This document shows, piece by piece, positions 19,475 to 29,248 of a DNA stretch of 64,000 bases. The stretch lies in the NCBI GenBank assembly GCA_045603205.1, contig JAZULS010000046.1:3249-67248 (forward strand). The letters run 5' to 3'. The translations under genes were made by a program, and so were the position numbers. Under the pieces are notes generated by a model. That model made no database searches, was not told where the DNA came from, and saw only the letters and a list, made by a program, of their open reading frames with translations. How positions within the stretch are numbered: position 1 is the first letter of the stretch; every line of letters begins with the position of its first letter. The DNA comes from Eubacteriales bacterium (lineage in GTDB: Bacteria > Bacillota > Clostridia > Oscillospirales > CAG-272).

Positions 19475-20962
19475 ATGAAGCTAATCATTAACGGCAATAT
19501 CAAGCCTTACTATATACAAATGCTTGCAATGCTGTTCTATCCCGGCGAAAAGTTCCCCGATGGAGCCGAGGCAGAGTCTGAACAGCGACTGGCAAACGTC
19601 TTCGTCGAGGAGAGGGAGGACGGAGTTTTCTCCAGAGTCTCGGTAAAAGACGGCGAGGATTTGGAAGAAGGCGAAACGTTCCTTACTTACGGTTTGCTTG
19701 ACCGTGACAAAACAATAAAATTTGCCGTAGGCGGTGCTTTTCTCGATGCCTGCGAAAAACTGACGGGACATGCTCCGCCGTGGGGAATGCTGACGGGTGT
19801 CAGACCTGCAAAACTTGCTCTTGAGCTTTTAGATAAAGGTGTTCGCGGAGACGACGCGGTAAAATTCTTCACCGACGTGTATCGCACCACCCTGGGTAAA
19901 GCAAAGCTTGCGGTAAAGACAGCGGAAGCCTCAGAGCGAATCGTCACACCCGATAGATTTCGTGAGATCAGCGTATACATCGCCATCCCCTTCTGTCCCA
20001 CCCGTTGTACCTACTGCAGCTTCGTTTCATATACCTCACCAAAGCTGCTCAGCATGATCCCTGAGTACCTTGCGGTGCTTCTCAAGGACGTCAAACGCAC
20101 CTTTGAGCTAGCTCGCGAACTTGGACTGCGGGTTGCCAGCGTATACATCGGCGGGGGGACACCTACCGTCCTTGATGAGCCTCAGTTGAAGCTCCTTTTG
20201 GAGTGCGTTTCAAGCTATAACGATGGCTTTGACGAGTTCACCTTAGAAGCCGGCAGACCGGATACCATAACCGACGAAAAGCTCCGCCTTGCTAAGGAGT
20301 ACGGCGTCACAAGGATCAGCGTAAACACCCAGACCCTCAACGAAGAGGTGCTCAGAAACATCGGAAGAGCCCATTCTGCAGATGATTTCTTCACAGCTTA
20401 CGAAAAGGCACTGAAGATGGGCATCCGCGACATAAATGTAGACCTTATTGCAGGCCTTCCCGGAGACACTTACGAAAGTTTTTGTGATTCCGTCGATAGG
20501 GTAGTTGCCCTTGATCCTACAAATATCACCGTTCACTCCTTCAGCGTGAAGAAATCCGCCGAAATGAAAACGGGAGGCCATGACGTGTTCGACCGAGACG
20601 GTTTCGTGGCGGTACGAAGCGTTGACTATTCTCAGGACAAGCTGTTTGACGCAGGTTATATTCCTTATTATATGTACCGTCAGAAGAATACAGTAGGAAA
20701 CCTTGAAAACGTTGGCTACTCAAAGATCGGTCACGAGGGACTCTACAACATCTTCATGATGGACGAGATACATACCATCCTTTCCTGCGGTGCTTCCGCC
20801 GTGACTAAGATAATTTCAAATGACAACGAAGGAAAGCTTGATATAAAACGTATTTTTGAGCCAAAATATCCGTATGAATATCTAAGGCTTCGTGAAAGTG
20901 AAGAGTATGCCGTGGAAAAGAAGAATACTGAAAATCTTCTGCGAAGCGTATACTTGAAATAA
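19475..20962 (+). CDS. hemZ: Radical SAM coproporphyrinogen dehydrogenase-like protein (HemZ type)
   Basis: 495 aa with the radical SAM cluster motif CPTRCTYCSF, a HemN-like core, and a long N-terminal extension as in HemZ. Confidence 0.7.
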   Translation: MKLIINGNIKPYYIQMLAMLFYPGEKFPDGAEAESEQRLANVFVEEREDGVFSRVSVKDGEDLEEGETFLTYGLLDRDKTIKFAVGGAFLDACEKLTGHAPPWGMLTGVRPAKLALELLDKGVRGDDAVKFFTDVYRTTLGKAKLAVKTAEASERIVTPDRFREISVYIAIPFCPTRCTYCSFVSYTSPKLLSMIPEYLAVLLKDVKRTFELARELGLRVASVYIGGGTPTVLDEPQLKLLLECVSSYNDGFDEFTLEAGRPDTITDEKLRLAKEYGVTRISVNTQTLNEEVLRNIGRAHSADDFFTAYEKALKMGIRDINVDLIAGLPGDTYESFCDSVDRVVALDPTNITVHSFSVKKSAEMKTGGHDVFDRDGFVAVRSVDYSQDKLFDAGYIPYYMYRQKNTVGNLENVGYSKIGHEGLYNIFMMDEIHTILSCGASAVTKIISNDNEGKLDIKRIFEPKYPYEYLRLRESEEYAVEKKNTENLLRSVYLK

Positions 20963-20986
20963 ACGGCCTTTTACTATTACGGAGGC

Positions 20987-21898
20987 ATGGTAACCGATAT
21001 GAAACTAATTTGCAAAGAAATTAACTCAAAAGAAGAAGCAAAGCGCTTTATAATGCTTTGCGAAGAAGAATTTGATGCAAAACTCCGTTTAGCTTCAAGA
21101 GAAGCAATTTCGAGAGGAAATAAAATAATAACTCTGTCGGGCCCCACCTGCTCGGGTAAGACTACCACGGCGTCCCTGCTGGTAGAGGAGATCGAGTCCT
21201 CGGGACATAACGCCGTCGTTATCTCAATAGACGACTTTTACCGCGACAATCTGCGAGTGGGCATTTCGAAGGGAAGAGACGTAGACTTCGACTCCGTAAA
21301 GACCATCGATCTTGAGTATTTCAAGATTTTTGCCGAGGATCTCCTTGCAGAAAAGACAGTTAAAATTCCCATCTTTGACTTCAAAACGGGTGTCAGAGCG
21401 GGGTATCGTGAGTATACACCAAAGCCGGAGGATATTATCATCTTCGAGGGTATACAGGCGGTATATCCTGAGATAACTTCGATCCTCGGAGAAAAATACA
21501 CCAGTATATTCATCTGTGTCACAGACGAGGTGATCTTCAACGGCATCTATTTCTCCCCCCATGAAATCAGGCTTCTGAGACGTCTGGTCCGCGACGGAAA
21601 ATTCCGAAACACCCATACCGAAGATACCCTCAGATATTGGCATTCCGTGAGAGCAAACGAGGAAGCAAATATTTTCCCTAATGCGGGAAACTCTCACTTT
21701 TACATTGATTCCTTTTTGCCATACGAGCTGTGTATTATTGCAGGATTCGCTCTTCCTCAGCTTTTGGAGGTTCCCGAAGACTCTCCCGAGGCAGAGACGG
21801 CAAAAAGTCTTGCTTTGAGACTTAGTAAGATCAACTGCAGTTGTTACGACAGCGCGGATATCCCTCAAGACTCTATGTATCGAGAGTTTATCGGATAA
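20987..21898 (+). CDS. Uridine kinase family / P-loop nucleoside kinase-like protein
   Basis: 303 aa with Walker A GPTCSGKTT followed by ISIDDFY, typical of the uridine kinase/PRK family. Confidence 0.6.
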   Translation: MVTDMKLICKEINSKEEAKRFIMLCEEEFDAKLRLASREAISRGNKIITLSGPTCSGKTTTASLLVEEIESSGHNAVVISIDDFYRDNLRVGISKGRDVDFDSVKTIDLEYFKIFAEDLLAEKTVKIPIFDFKTGVRAGYREYTPKPEDIIIFEGIQAVYPEITSILGEKYTSIFICVTDEVIFNGIYFSPHEIRLLRRLVRDGKFRNTHTEDTLRYWHSVRANEEANIFPNAGNSHFYIDSFLPYELCIIAGFALPQLLEVPEDSPEAETAKSLALRLSKINCSCYDSADIPQDSMYREFIG

Positions 21899-21929
21899 AA
21901 AACCAAACAGATTTTGATTGGAGACTGTA

Positions 21930-24089
21930 ATGAATAATCAAAAGACTAAAAACAGTACAAAACTGTTCTTTGCGGGCGTTTTGGTGCTGACGATTTCAAA
22001 CCTTATAATTAAGGCGATAGGTATGCTTTTCAAGATCCCCATGAACCACATCGTGGGCGACCAGGGTATGGGCTACTACAGCTCTGCTTACACTATCTAT
22101 ACCTTCTTTTATATGATCTCTACCGCAGGTCTTCCCGTGGCTATCTCTCTTCTCGTTTCAGAGAACAGAGCGATAGGAAGACTGAAGCAGGTCAAAAAGG
22201 TGTTCAAGCTTTCGATAATACTGTTCTTTATCGTGGGTCTTGTGGGAACCTCTGTCATGTTTTTCGGTGCAAAGGGATTTGCCTCTCTTTTGAAGGCTGA
22301 TCCTACATACTATTGTATTATCGCAATAGCGCCCACTCTTTTCTTCATCTGCCTTTCCAGCGCCATCCGCGGATATTTCCAAGGATACCAGTCAATGGTT
22401 CCCGTGGCGATCTCACAGCTTATTGAGGCTGTCTGCAAGCTCTTCCTCGGAATTGCTTTCGCTACCTACGCGCTGAATAAGTACGGTTCAGGCAAGGAGA
22501 CTATTCATTACGTTGCTGCATACGCTGTTCTCGGTCTCACCATCGGTGCAGGACTTGGTATGCTGTACCTTATGTTCTCAAAAATGCTCTTCAAGAGCCA
22601 GAGATACGACGCAGAGTACACCGATGTTAAGGGATTTGACGACAGCGTTGAGACCTCAGGCAAGATTCTCCGCAGAATCGTCATGATCGCGCTCCCCGTA
22701 ACCGTCAGCGCATCTGTAATGAGCCTTACCAACCTTATTGATATGGCTCTCATTCAGAGACTTCTCCAGTCCTACAGAGGACTCACCGAAGCTCAGGCTA
22801 CAGCGGTATACGGTAACTATACTTCTCTCTGTGTTCCGCTGTTCAATATGCCCCCATACCTTATCTATCCCATCTCCTACTCCATCGTTCCCATGATCAA
22901 GACGGCAGTAGCTTCGGGGGACAAAAAGAGAGCCGCTCTCGTTATGGAAAGCTCCCTCAGAGTGGCAGTAATCATCGGAATCCCCTGTGCCCTCGGTATG
23001 GCGGCGATCGCTGAACCTATCCTACACCTCTTTGGATACCGCTACTGGTCCGTAGTGTCCGCAGCTCCTCTTCTTGCGCTTCTCGCTCCCTCCACATTCT
23101 TCATTTGCGTTCTTTCCGTAACCAACGCTATCCTTCAGGCAAACGGACACGAGAGGAAGCCTGTTGTTTCCATGCTTGCAGGTGCAGCTGTGAAGATAGT
23201 TTCCAATACTATCCTCATTCGCTTCATCGGTATGCCCGGTACACCTATCAGTACCTTCCTTTGCTACCTTACCGCAACAGGACTTAACATTTACTTCATC
23301 GTAAAGCACGTTGGCCTCAAGCTGAAGTTCAGCAGAGTCTTCTTCAGACCTCTTGTAGCAGGACTTCTCTGTGCCGCAGTTGCAATCGGAGTTTCAGGGG
23401 GTTCCTCAAACGTTCTTGCCGACGACGTGGCTTACGAATATTCGGTTAATACTACTGATAACGGTGATGTTATCAATATTAACAATGAGTATAACAGCGC
23501 TTATCTCCACGACGCAGTTCTTACAACTGACGGAACAGGTACGGATACCAGAGACGATCTCAAGGTTACCGTAGGTGAAGACGGAAGCCTTACTGTTTAT
23601 GATTTGGGTGAAGATACCCTTACGGTTTCTAAAAACGAAAATGGTGATATACTCGTAGACGGTGTTGTTTGTGAAGATCATATTGCTCTCGGAATTGACT
23701 TCTCTCATGACGATATTCTCGCAGGCACCGGCACACAATACGTTGTACGCGACGGATATTATACCCTCAAAATTTTCGAATACGGAGGTGAGATGTTTGC
23801 TGAGATCATAGAAAAGTTTAACTATGAAATGACCGACAACAAGCTCACACTCTCCTTCGTTGGCAGAAGTGACGCCGACGTTACACTCAAGTACAGGGTT
23901 GACGGCGACACTATCTACCTCAACGACGGTATCTCCCGTACATCCACACTTCTGTCAATTATGGCGGCTGCTGTAGTTTACTTCATTATGATACTCGTAA
24001 TCCGCGCTATTACAGTTGATGACGTAAGACTTCTCCCCAAGGGACAGAAGATCGAGAAAGTTCTCAGAAAGGCAAAGCTTCTCAGATAA
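21930..24089 (+). CDS. MOP-superfamily lipid-linked oligosaccharide flippase (YabM/SpoVB/MurJ-like) with a ~180-aa insertion in the last external loop
   Basis: The ORF track gives 21918 (TTG). ATG 21930 lies 6 nt after GGAG. It is a multi-TM MurJ/SpoVB-like protein. Its position upstream of mazG(yabN)-yabO-yabP-yabQ-divIC matches B. subtilis yabM. It is about 720 aa long, whereas I remember typical family members as about 520-550 aa. Confidence 0.8.
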   Translation: MNNQKTKNSTKLFFAGVLVLTISNLIIKAIGMLFKIPMNHIVGDQGMGYYSSAYTIYTFFYMISTAGLPVAISLLVSENRAIGRLKQVKKVFKLSIILFFIVGLVGTSVMFFGAKGFASLLKADPTYYCIIAIAPTLFFICLSSAIRGYFQGYQSMVPVAISQLIEAVCKLFLGIAFATYALNKYGSGKETIHYVAAYAVLGLTIGAGLGMLYLMFSKMLFKSQRYDAEYTDVKGFDDSVETSGKILRRIVMIALPVTVSASVMSLTNLIDMALIQRLLQSYRGLTEAQATAVYGNYTSLCVPLFNMPPYLIYPISYSIVPMIKTAVASGDKKRAALVMESSLRVAVIIGIPCALGMAAIAEPILHLFGYRYWSVVSAAPLLALLAPSTFFICVLSVTNAILQANGHERKPVVSMLAGAAVKIVSNTILIRFIGMPGTPISTFLCYLTATGLNIYFIVKHVGLKLKFSRVFFRPLVAGLLCAAVAIGVSGGSSNVLADDVAYEYSVNTTDNGDVININNEYNSAYLHDAVLTTDGTGTDTRDDLKVTVGEDGSLTVYDLGEDTLTVSKNENGDILVDGVVCEDHIALGIDFSHDDILAGTGTQYVVRDGYYTLKIFEYGGEMFAEIIEKFNYEMTDNKLTLSFVGRSDADVTLKYRVDGDTIYLNDGISRTSTLLSIMAAAVVYFIMILVIRAITVDDVRLLPKGQKIEKVLRKAKLLR

Positions 24090-24091
24090 CT

Positions 24092-24814
24092 ATGAATCAG
24101 GACGTAAAAACTCTAATTTCAAAAAATAGATTCGATCTTGCCGATCTCCGCGTGGTCTTCAAAGAACTCAGAGGTGAAAACGGTTGCCCTTGGGACAGAG
24201 TGCAGACTCACGAGAGCATCCGAGGTGATCTCATTGAAGAGACCTACGAGGTAGTCGAAGCAATAGACACCGCTGATATGAAGCTCATGCGTGAAGAGCT
24301 TGGCGACCTTCTTCTTCAGGTGGTGTTCCACGCAGGAATTGAGGAAGAGAAGGGAACTTTTACCCTTGACGATGTCATTTCCGACATTACAGAAAAGCTT
24401 ATTCGTCGTCATCCCCACGTTTTCGCCGACGTGGAGGCTGATGATCCGGAAAGTGCTCTTGATGCTTGGGAAGCGGCAAAAGGAGTGGAAAAAACGGAGA
24501 GAAAGACTGTGGTTGACTCAATGAACGCCGTGCCTCCGTCCCTTCCTGCTCTGATGCGTGCTCAAAAGATCATCAAAAAAGCGGCAAAGGACGGCTATGA
24601 CGTAGACTCTGCTATCGTTTCCGGCGCAGATGACCTTAAATTTGTAGCCGAAAATATGGCTTCCGTATCCTCTTCCCGTGAAGAACTTCTCTCTTCAAAG
24701 ATTGGTGATGCCGCCTTCGCACTTTCTCTTGTCGCACAGAAAAACGGGATAGATCTTGAAGAGCTTCTTAACAAAAAAACAGGTAATTTTATTGAAAATT
24801 ATCCTAAAAAGTAA
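24092..24814 (+). CDS. mazG: MazG nucleoside triphosphate pyrophosphohydrolase
   Basis: 240 aa. CPWDR.QTHESI...L.EE.YEV..AI and EELGDLL are classic MazG motifs. Confidence 0.9.
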   Translation: MNQDVKTLISKNRFDLADLRVVFKELRGENGCPWDRVQTHESIRGDLIEETYEVVEAIDTADMKLMREELGDLLLQVVFHAGIEEEKGTFTLDDVISDITEKLIRRHPHVFADVEADDPESALDAWEAAKGVEKTERKTVVDSMNAVPPSLPALMRAQKIIKKAAKDGYDVDSAIVSGADDLKFVAENMASVSSSREELLSSKIGDAAFALSLVAQKNGIDLEELLNKKTGNFIENYPKK

Positions 24815-24843
24815 AAATATATTAAAAATACACGGCTGAAGTA

Positions 24844-24872
24844 TTGCATATTTAATAAAATAATGATATACT
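24844..24872 (+). promoter_or_regulatory. Sigma-A type promoter for hup (TTGCAT-17-TATACT)
   Basis: TTGCAT at 24844-24849, a 17-nt spacer, and TATACT at 24867-24872. Confidence 0.55.
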
Positions 24873-24914
24873 ACTCACAGTACAAATATTTTTTCTCGAA
24901 AGGAAGAAAGCAAA

Positions 24915-25190
24915 ATGAATAAGTCACAGTTAATCAGCGCAGTAGCAGAAAAGACCGGACTCAAGAAGAAGGAGGCAGAAGCAGCAGTTGTAGCTGCACT
25001 TGAGGCTGTTGAAGCTTCTCTCGTTAACGGAGAAAAGGATCAGCTTTTCGGTTTCGGTACATTCAGCGTTGACAACAGAGCTGAGCGTCAGGGAAGAAAC
25101 CCCGCAACAGGCGAGAGCATTACTATCCCCGCTACAAAGCTCGTTAAGTTTGCTCCTGCATCTGCTCTTAAGGACAAGGTCAACGGTTAA
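24915..25190 (+). CDS. hup: DNA-binding protein HU
   Basis: 91 aa: MNKSQLISAVAEKTGLKKKEAEAAV...GFGTF...R.GRNP.TGE.I.IPA, the canonical HU sequence. Confidence 0.95.
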   Translation: MNKSQLISAVAEKTGLKKKEAEAAVVAALEAVEASLVNGEKDQLFGFGTFSVDNRAERQGRNPATGESITIPATKLVKFAPASALKDKVNG

Positions 25191-25214
25191 GTTCCTTATC
25201 TGCAAAAGGTAACA

Positions 25215-25460
25215 ATGAGACTTGACAAATATTTAAAGGTTGCGCGTATTATCAAGAGACGCACCGTTGCCAATGACGCCTGTGATACTGAGCACGTAGA
25301 GGTAAACGGCAGACGTGCAAAAGCATCGTATGACGTAAAAGAAAACGATGTTATTAAGATCACCTTCGGAGAAAAGACGTTGACGCTGAGAGTTTTGAGC
25401 GTCAAGGAGCATGTTACCAAGGGAGATGCATCGTCACTCTATGAGATAATCAATGACTAA
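25215..25460 (+). CDS. yabO: S4-domain RNA-binding protein (YabO-like)
   Basis: 81 aa. MRLDKYLKVARIIKRRT is the S4 motif. Its position between mazG and yabP matches B. subtilis yabO. Confidence 0.8.
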   Translation: MRLDKYLKVARIIKRRTVANDACDTEHVEVNGRRAKASYDVKENDVIKITFGEKTLTLRVLSVKEHVTKGDASSLYEIIND

Positions 25461-25522
25461 AACGAATATTATTTATATGCCGCTCATAAGATTATGTAAA
25501 AACTGTAATCCGGGAGCGGCAT

Positions 25523-25801
25523 ATGAATAATGGGGCAACTATATCGCATAACATTTTCCTTTATGACCGTAGCAAAATGGAGCTAACGGGAATTTTGGAC
25601 GTGGAAAGCTTTACTGACAATAACATAATAGCACTTTCATCTATGGGAAATATCTCAATAGACGGAACGGAGCTAAAGATCGAGTGCTTCAGTACGGAAA
25701 GCGGAAAGCTTGTGGTAAACGGAAAAATTGACGGAGCTTACTATTTCGGTAAAACCTCAAAGAAGCGTTCACTTTTTTCGTCGAAAAGCGATCGAAGGTG
25801 A
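25523..25801 (+). CDS. yabP: Sporulation protein YabP
   Basis: 92 aa. LTGILDVESFTDNNIIALSSMGNISIDGTELKI is YabP-like, and synteny with yabQ/divIC supports the call. Confidence 0.85.
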   Translation: MNNGATISHNIFLYDRSKMELTGILDVESFTDNNIIALSSMGNISIDGTELKIECFSTESGKLVVNGKIDGAYYFGKTSKKRSLFSSKSDRR

Positions 25802-25804
25802 CAA

Positions 25805-26341
25805 GTGGAGGTTTTTCTTTCCTACAGACTTGAAGCCTGTCTTGCGGCAGTCATTTTCGGCGCTGCCTCAGGAGTCCTTTATGACGTTTTGCGAATATGC
25901 TACATGGCATTCGGCATTAATTACAACGGAAAAAAACGAGGTAAAGTGTCCTTTGCGGTGTGCATTATATTCGATCTTCTTTATTCACTCATTGTCAGTT
26001 TGGGCTTTGCTGTTTTAACTTACGCATTTTCCTCGGGAAAGCTGAGACTTGAGGTTTACTTTTTCTCAATCCTCGGCTTTGCCGCATATAACCTGTCCGT
26101 GGGTAAACTCGTAATGCTTTGCGCACGGCAGATCATTTCAATATTAAAGAGAGTCTTTCGTTTTATCATTAAAGTCATACTCGCACCGATATTCCTCTTG
26201 GTTAGAGGACTTAAATTCCTGTGTAGGTGGCTTTATCGTAATACCTTCGGGCTCTGCATAAAGAAGATAACCCATAGTGCCTCAAGAGCACGTTTGAATA
26301 AATTAATAAATGAAAAATTACCCGACAGCGTCAGGTTTTAA
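25805..26341 (+). CDS. yabQ: Spore cortex biosynthesis protein YabQ
   Basis: 178 aa with a GTG start and several TM helices. It lies immediately after yabP, as in Bacillus and Clostridium. Confidence 0.7.
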   Translation: MEVFLSYRLEACLAAVIFGAASGVLYDVLRICYMAFGINYNGKKRGKVSFAVCIIFDLLYSLIVSLGFAVLTYAFSSGKLRLEVYFFSILGFAAYNLSVGKLVMLCARQIISILKRVFRFIIKVILAPIFLLVRGLKFLCRWLYRNTFGLCIKKITHSASRARLNKLINEKLPDSVRF

Positions 26342-26374
26342 ATGTACGGTTTCGGGACGGGGAAGGAGCAGGTC

Positions 26375-26650
26375 ATGAAAAAGTTTTCCAGAAGCATACT
26401 TGTCAGGATTGCTGTCCTGCTGTTTTCGCTTTTCTGCATAGTCACAATTATTAACCTGCAATTTGAGAAAAACAGTATAGAAGATCAGATCAATAGCCTT
26501 AATGCCGAACTGCAGGAGGCTATCGAAGAGCGTGACGAGCTTGAACGTATGCTTAATGAGTCCTTCGACGAAGAATACGTTATCAAAGTCGCTAAAGAGA
26601 AACTCGGACTCAGATTACCGCAAGAGATCATCTTTTATAACGGAGACTGA
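26375..26650 (+). CDS. divIC: Septum formation initiator (DivIC/FtsB family)
   Basis: The ORF track gives 26342. ATG 26375 follows GGGGAAGGAG. It has one TM helix and then a coiled coil (QINSLNAELQEAIEERDELERML) with a VAKEKLGL tail. Confidence 0.8.
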   Translation: MKKFSRSILVRIAVLLFSLFCIVTIINLQFEKNSIEDQINSLNAELQEAIEERDELERMLNESFDEEYVIKVAKEKLGLRLPQEIIFYNGD

Positions 26651-26654
26651 ATTT

Positions 26655-26690
26655 AAAACGTGATCTCGTTTAGGCGGAGTCACGTTTTTT
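26655..26690 (+). terminator. Rho-independent terminator after divIC
   Basis: Hairpin AAAACGTGA...TCACGTTTT followed by a T-run. Confidence 0.75.
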
Positions 26691-26790
26691 GAATTTATAG
26701 AGCGCACGATATATGCCGAATTTAGCATTATTCAAAATCATCAACGGTTTATTCCGTTAATAATAAAGCAATTTAAGGACGGTTAAAGTA

Positions 26791-27426
26791 ATGGAACTTA
26801 AAGGAAAAAAAGTTAATTTTCTCGGTGACAGTATAACTGATGGTGCAGGCTCATCCTGTGCCGCGGCAAGATACCCCGATATTCTCGCAGGTCTTGCTGA
26901 ACTTGGTGAGATCCGCAACTACGGAATCGGCGGTACACGTATCGCACTTTACCACGGTCAGCCTGAGGAAGAAAGACTGGACTACTGTAAGAGATTCCCC
27001 ACAATGGACGATGACGCCGATCTCATTATTGTTTTCGGCGGTACCAACGACTATGGTCACGGTAATGCACCTATGGGAACAAACGAGGACAGAACTCCCG
27101 AGACCTTCTACGGCGGACTTCACTACCTTATGAGCGGTCTTATCAATAAGTATCCCACCGCTGATATAGTTATTCTCACTCCTATTCAGAGAGAGGGCGG
27201 AGATAAGCCCAATGCTTACGGTTATACCCTAGATATGTTTGTTGACGCTATCAAGGACGTTGCCGCACAGTATTCACTCCCGCTTCTTGACCTATACAAT
27301 CACGGTGGCTTCTGCCCGAACATTCAGGTTCAGAAGGACGCCATCTGCCCCGACGGTCTCCATCCCAACGATGCAGGCTACGTTAAACTTGCAAACAGAA
27401 TTTATTCTTACCTTAAAACTATCTGA
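26791..27426 (+). CDS. SGNH/GDSL hydrolase family protein
   Basis: 211 aa with block I FLGDSITDG, block III GTND, and block V DGLHPN. Confidence 0.85.
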   Translation: MELKGKKVNFLGDSITDGAGSSCAAARYPDILAGLAELGEIRNYGIGGTRIALYHGQPEEERLDYCKRFPTMDDDADLIIVFGGTNDYGHGNAPMGTNEDRTPETFYGGLHYLMSGLINKYPTADIVILTPIQREGGDKPNAYGYTLDMFVDAIKDVAAQYSLPLLDLYNHGGFCPNIQVQKDAICPDGLHPNDAGYVKLANRIYSYLKTI

Positions 27427-27436
27427 GACAGTATGG

Positions 27437-27477
27437 TCCGCAACGCTTGTAAAACGGCGTTGCGGATTCTTTTTTTA
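27437..27477 (+). terminator. Rho-independent terminator
   Basis: Hairpin TCCGCAACGC...GCGTTGCGGA followed by TTCTTTTTTT. Confidence 0.88.
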
Positions 27478-27577
27478 TCCTGATCATATCCCAAAACAAA
27501 ACTTTTCTCCCTGCCAGTAAGCGACATAAAATTAAGAAGTGACGATATATAATCTTAGTAACGGATAGAGAGAGGCG

Positions 27578-28411
27578 GTGAGGTGTTTGCAGGTGCTGTA
27601 CGCTGATGTCCTGTTTATAATAGATTTCAGTATGGACGTTATTTCGTTGTGGCTCACTGCGAAGCTTACATATGCCAAAACAGGGACTTTCAGACTTTCC
27701 GTAGCGGCAGCTCTTGGAGCTCTTGTGTCAACCCTTTGTACCGCTATGAACTGTCCTGCGGTAGTTTCTGTGCCGGTAAGTGGAGTTACTTCTCTTGCCA
27801 TGTGTTGGGCAGCCTACGGTAAAATGAAACTCTTGCCTATGATAAAAAGGGTAGTTTCTCTTTGGATAACAGGCATACTCATAGGCGGCGTCATGACGTT
27901 TTTGATGGGATTGGGCGGAGAGGATACATATAGTCCCGAACATAACTTGTCAGGCGGAGGGGTAGCACTGATCTTACCGTTTGGTGCGGTTATCTCTTCC
28001 GTGTTCGTGTCGGTTTTATCAAGATTTACGTCAAAACGTAACGTTACTGTAACTGTATCGTTGTTTGACAAAAAGTATGAGTTTTGCGGGATCGTAGACA
28101 GCGGAAACCTATTAAAAGAACCAATTAGCGGTGAACCTGTAATGGTCCTTTCGAAAAATAATACTCCGGAATCCGAAGATTTCAGCCGTTATTTTTCAGA
28201 AACAGAAACATTTGAAAACATAGAACTTGCAAAGCGGTTCAGAATGATTCCTGCCACATCAGTTTTCGGCGAAGGGGTGCTTCCGGCAATCGTACCTCAT
28301 GAGGTTTTGGTGGACGGAACAAAAGTCAAGGCTCTTATTGCGCTGAGCCGAAATTCAAGTCGAGCCAAGGAAGACACGGAGATCATAGTCCCTGCCTGCC
28401 TTGTGAAATAG
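27578..28411 (+). CDS. spoIIGA: Sigma-E processing peptidase SpoIIGA
   Basis: 277 aa. YADVLFIIDFSMD is at the N-terminus, followed by 5 TM helices and the aspartic protease motif IVDSGN. It lies directly upstream of sigE. The true start could be GTG 27593. Confidence 0.88.
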   Translation: MRCLQVLYADVLFIIDFSMDVISLWLTAKLTYAKTGTFRLSVAAALGALVSTLCTAMNCPAVVSVPVSGVTSLAMCWAAYGKMKLLPMIKRVVSLWITGILIGGVMTFLMGLGGEDTYSPEHNLSGGGVALILPFGAVISSVFVSVLSRFTSKRNVTVTVSLFDKKYEFCGIVDSGNLLKEPISGEPVMVLSKNNTPESEDFSRYFSETETFENIELAKRFRMIPATSVFGEGVLPAIVPHEVLVDGTKVKALIALSRNSSRAKEDTEIIVPACLVK

Positions 28412-28431
28412 ATTATTATTCGGAGGTTGTA

Positions 28432-29157
28432 ATGATAAAACTGAAAAAAATCTTGAGTGTACTGAAAAGCAGTAAAGTATTCAGAACCATTTTTATAAAT
28501 AGTCGTGTAAACGGCATATTTTACATAAACGGTGCGGACAGCCTGCCACCGCCGTTAGATCCCGAAGAGGAAGCTGAGGCAATAGCAAAAATGAAAGATT
28601 TTCCCGAGTACAGCGACAAGCTGATACGGCATAATCTAAGGCTCGTGGTGTACATTTCCAAAAAATTCGATAATACGGGTGCCGGGATCGAAGACCTTAT
28701 ATCAATTGGCACCATCGGACTGATAAAAGCTATAAAAACCTTTAAAATGGAAAAGAACATCAAACTTGCGACCTATTCTTCGCGTTGTATAGAGAACGAA
28801 ATACTAATGTACCTTCGGAAAAACGCATCTCACAGAGGGGATCTTTCCATTGACGAGCCTCTGAACACCGACTGGGACGGCAATGAGCTCCTGCTTTCCG
28901 ACGTTCTCGGCACGGATGCAGGTTCAGTCAGTGAGAACCTTGAAAGAAGCGAGGAAGAAAGGACCGTGAGGGAGGCTGTTATGACCTTGGAAGACAGGGA
29001 AAGGGAGATCATCTGTCTGAGATACGGAATTGGAGGCGTTAGAGAATTGACACAAAAAGAGGTTGCCGACAGACTGGGAATCTCTCAGTCCTATATATCA
29101 CGCCTTGAGAAGAAGATAATTCTTCGCTTGAAAAAACAGATTTCTGCTAAGGTTTAG
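28432..29157 (+). CDS. sigE: Sporulation sigma factor SigE (pro-sigma-E)
   Basis: 241 aa with an N-terminal pro-sequence, then YINGADSLPPPL, region 2 (NLRLVVYISKKF...EDLISIGTIGLIKA) and region 4 (TQKEVADRLGISQSYISRLEK). Confidence 0.92.
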   Translation: MIKLKKILSVLKSSKVFRTIFINSRVNGIFYINGADSLPPPLDPEEEAEAIAKMKDFPEYSDKLIRHNLRLVVYISKKFDNTGAGIEDLISIGTIGLIKAIKTFKMEKNIKLATYSSRCIENEILMYLRKNASHRGDLSIDEPLNTDWDGNELLLSDVLGTDAGSVSENLERSEEERTVREAVMTLEDREREIICLRYGIGGVRELTQKEVADRLGISQSYISRLEKKIILRLKKQISAKV

Positions 29158-29219
29158 CCTATATAGTAAAGAAAAACGAGTATTACACAAAATTTAGTAC
29201 AATTTTTTTGAAAAAACTA

Positions 29220-29248
29220 TTGCAAAACCGAGTCACATATGATATAAT
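29220..29248 (+). promoter_or_regulatory. Sigma-A type promoter (TTGCAA-17-TATAAT) for rpmE
   Basis: TTGCAA at 29220-29225, a 17-nt spacer, and TATAAT at 29243-29248. This leaves a leader of about 135 nt before the rpmE ATG. Confidence 0.7.

Noticed and set aside
27519-27553. GCGACA and GTGACGA elements lie upstream of a TATAAT before spoIIGA. I considered them as Spo0A boxes.
   Set aside because: They match the TGTCGAA/TTCGACA consensus at only about 5 of 7 positions, and I cannot evaluate significance without a matrix scan. They are too degenerate to report as a feature.
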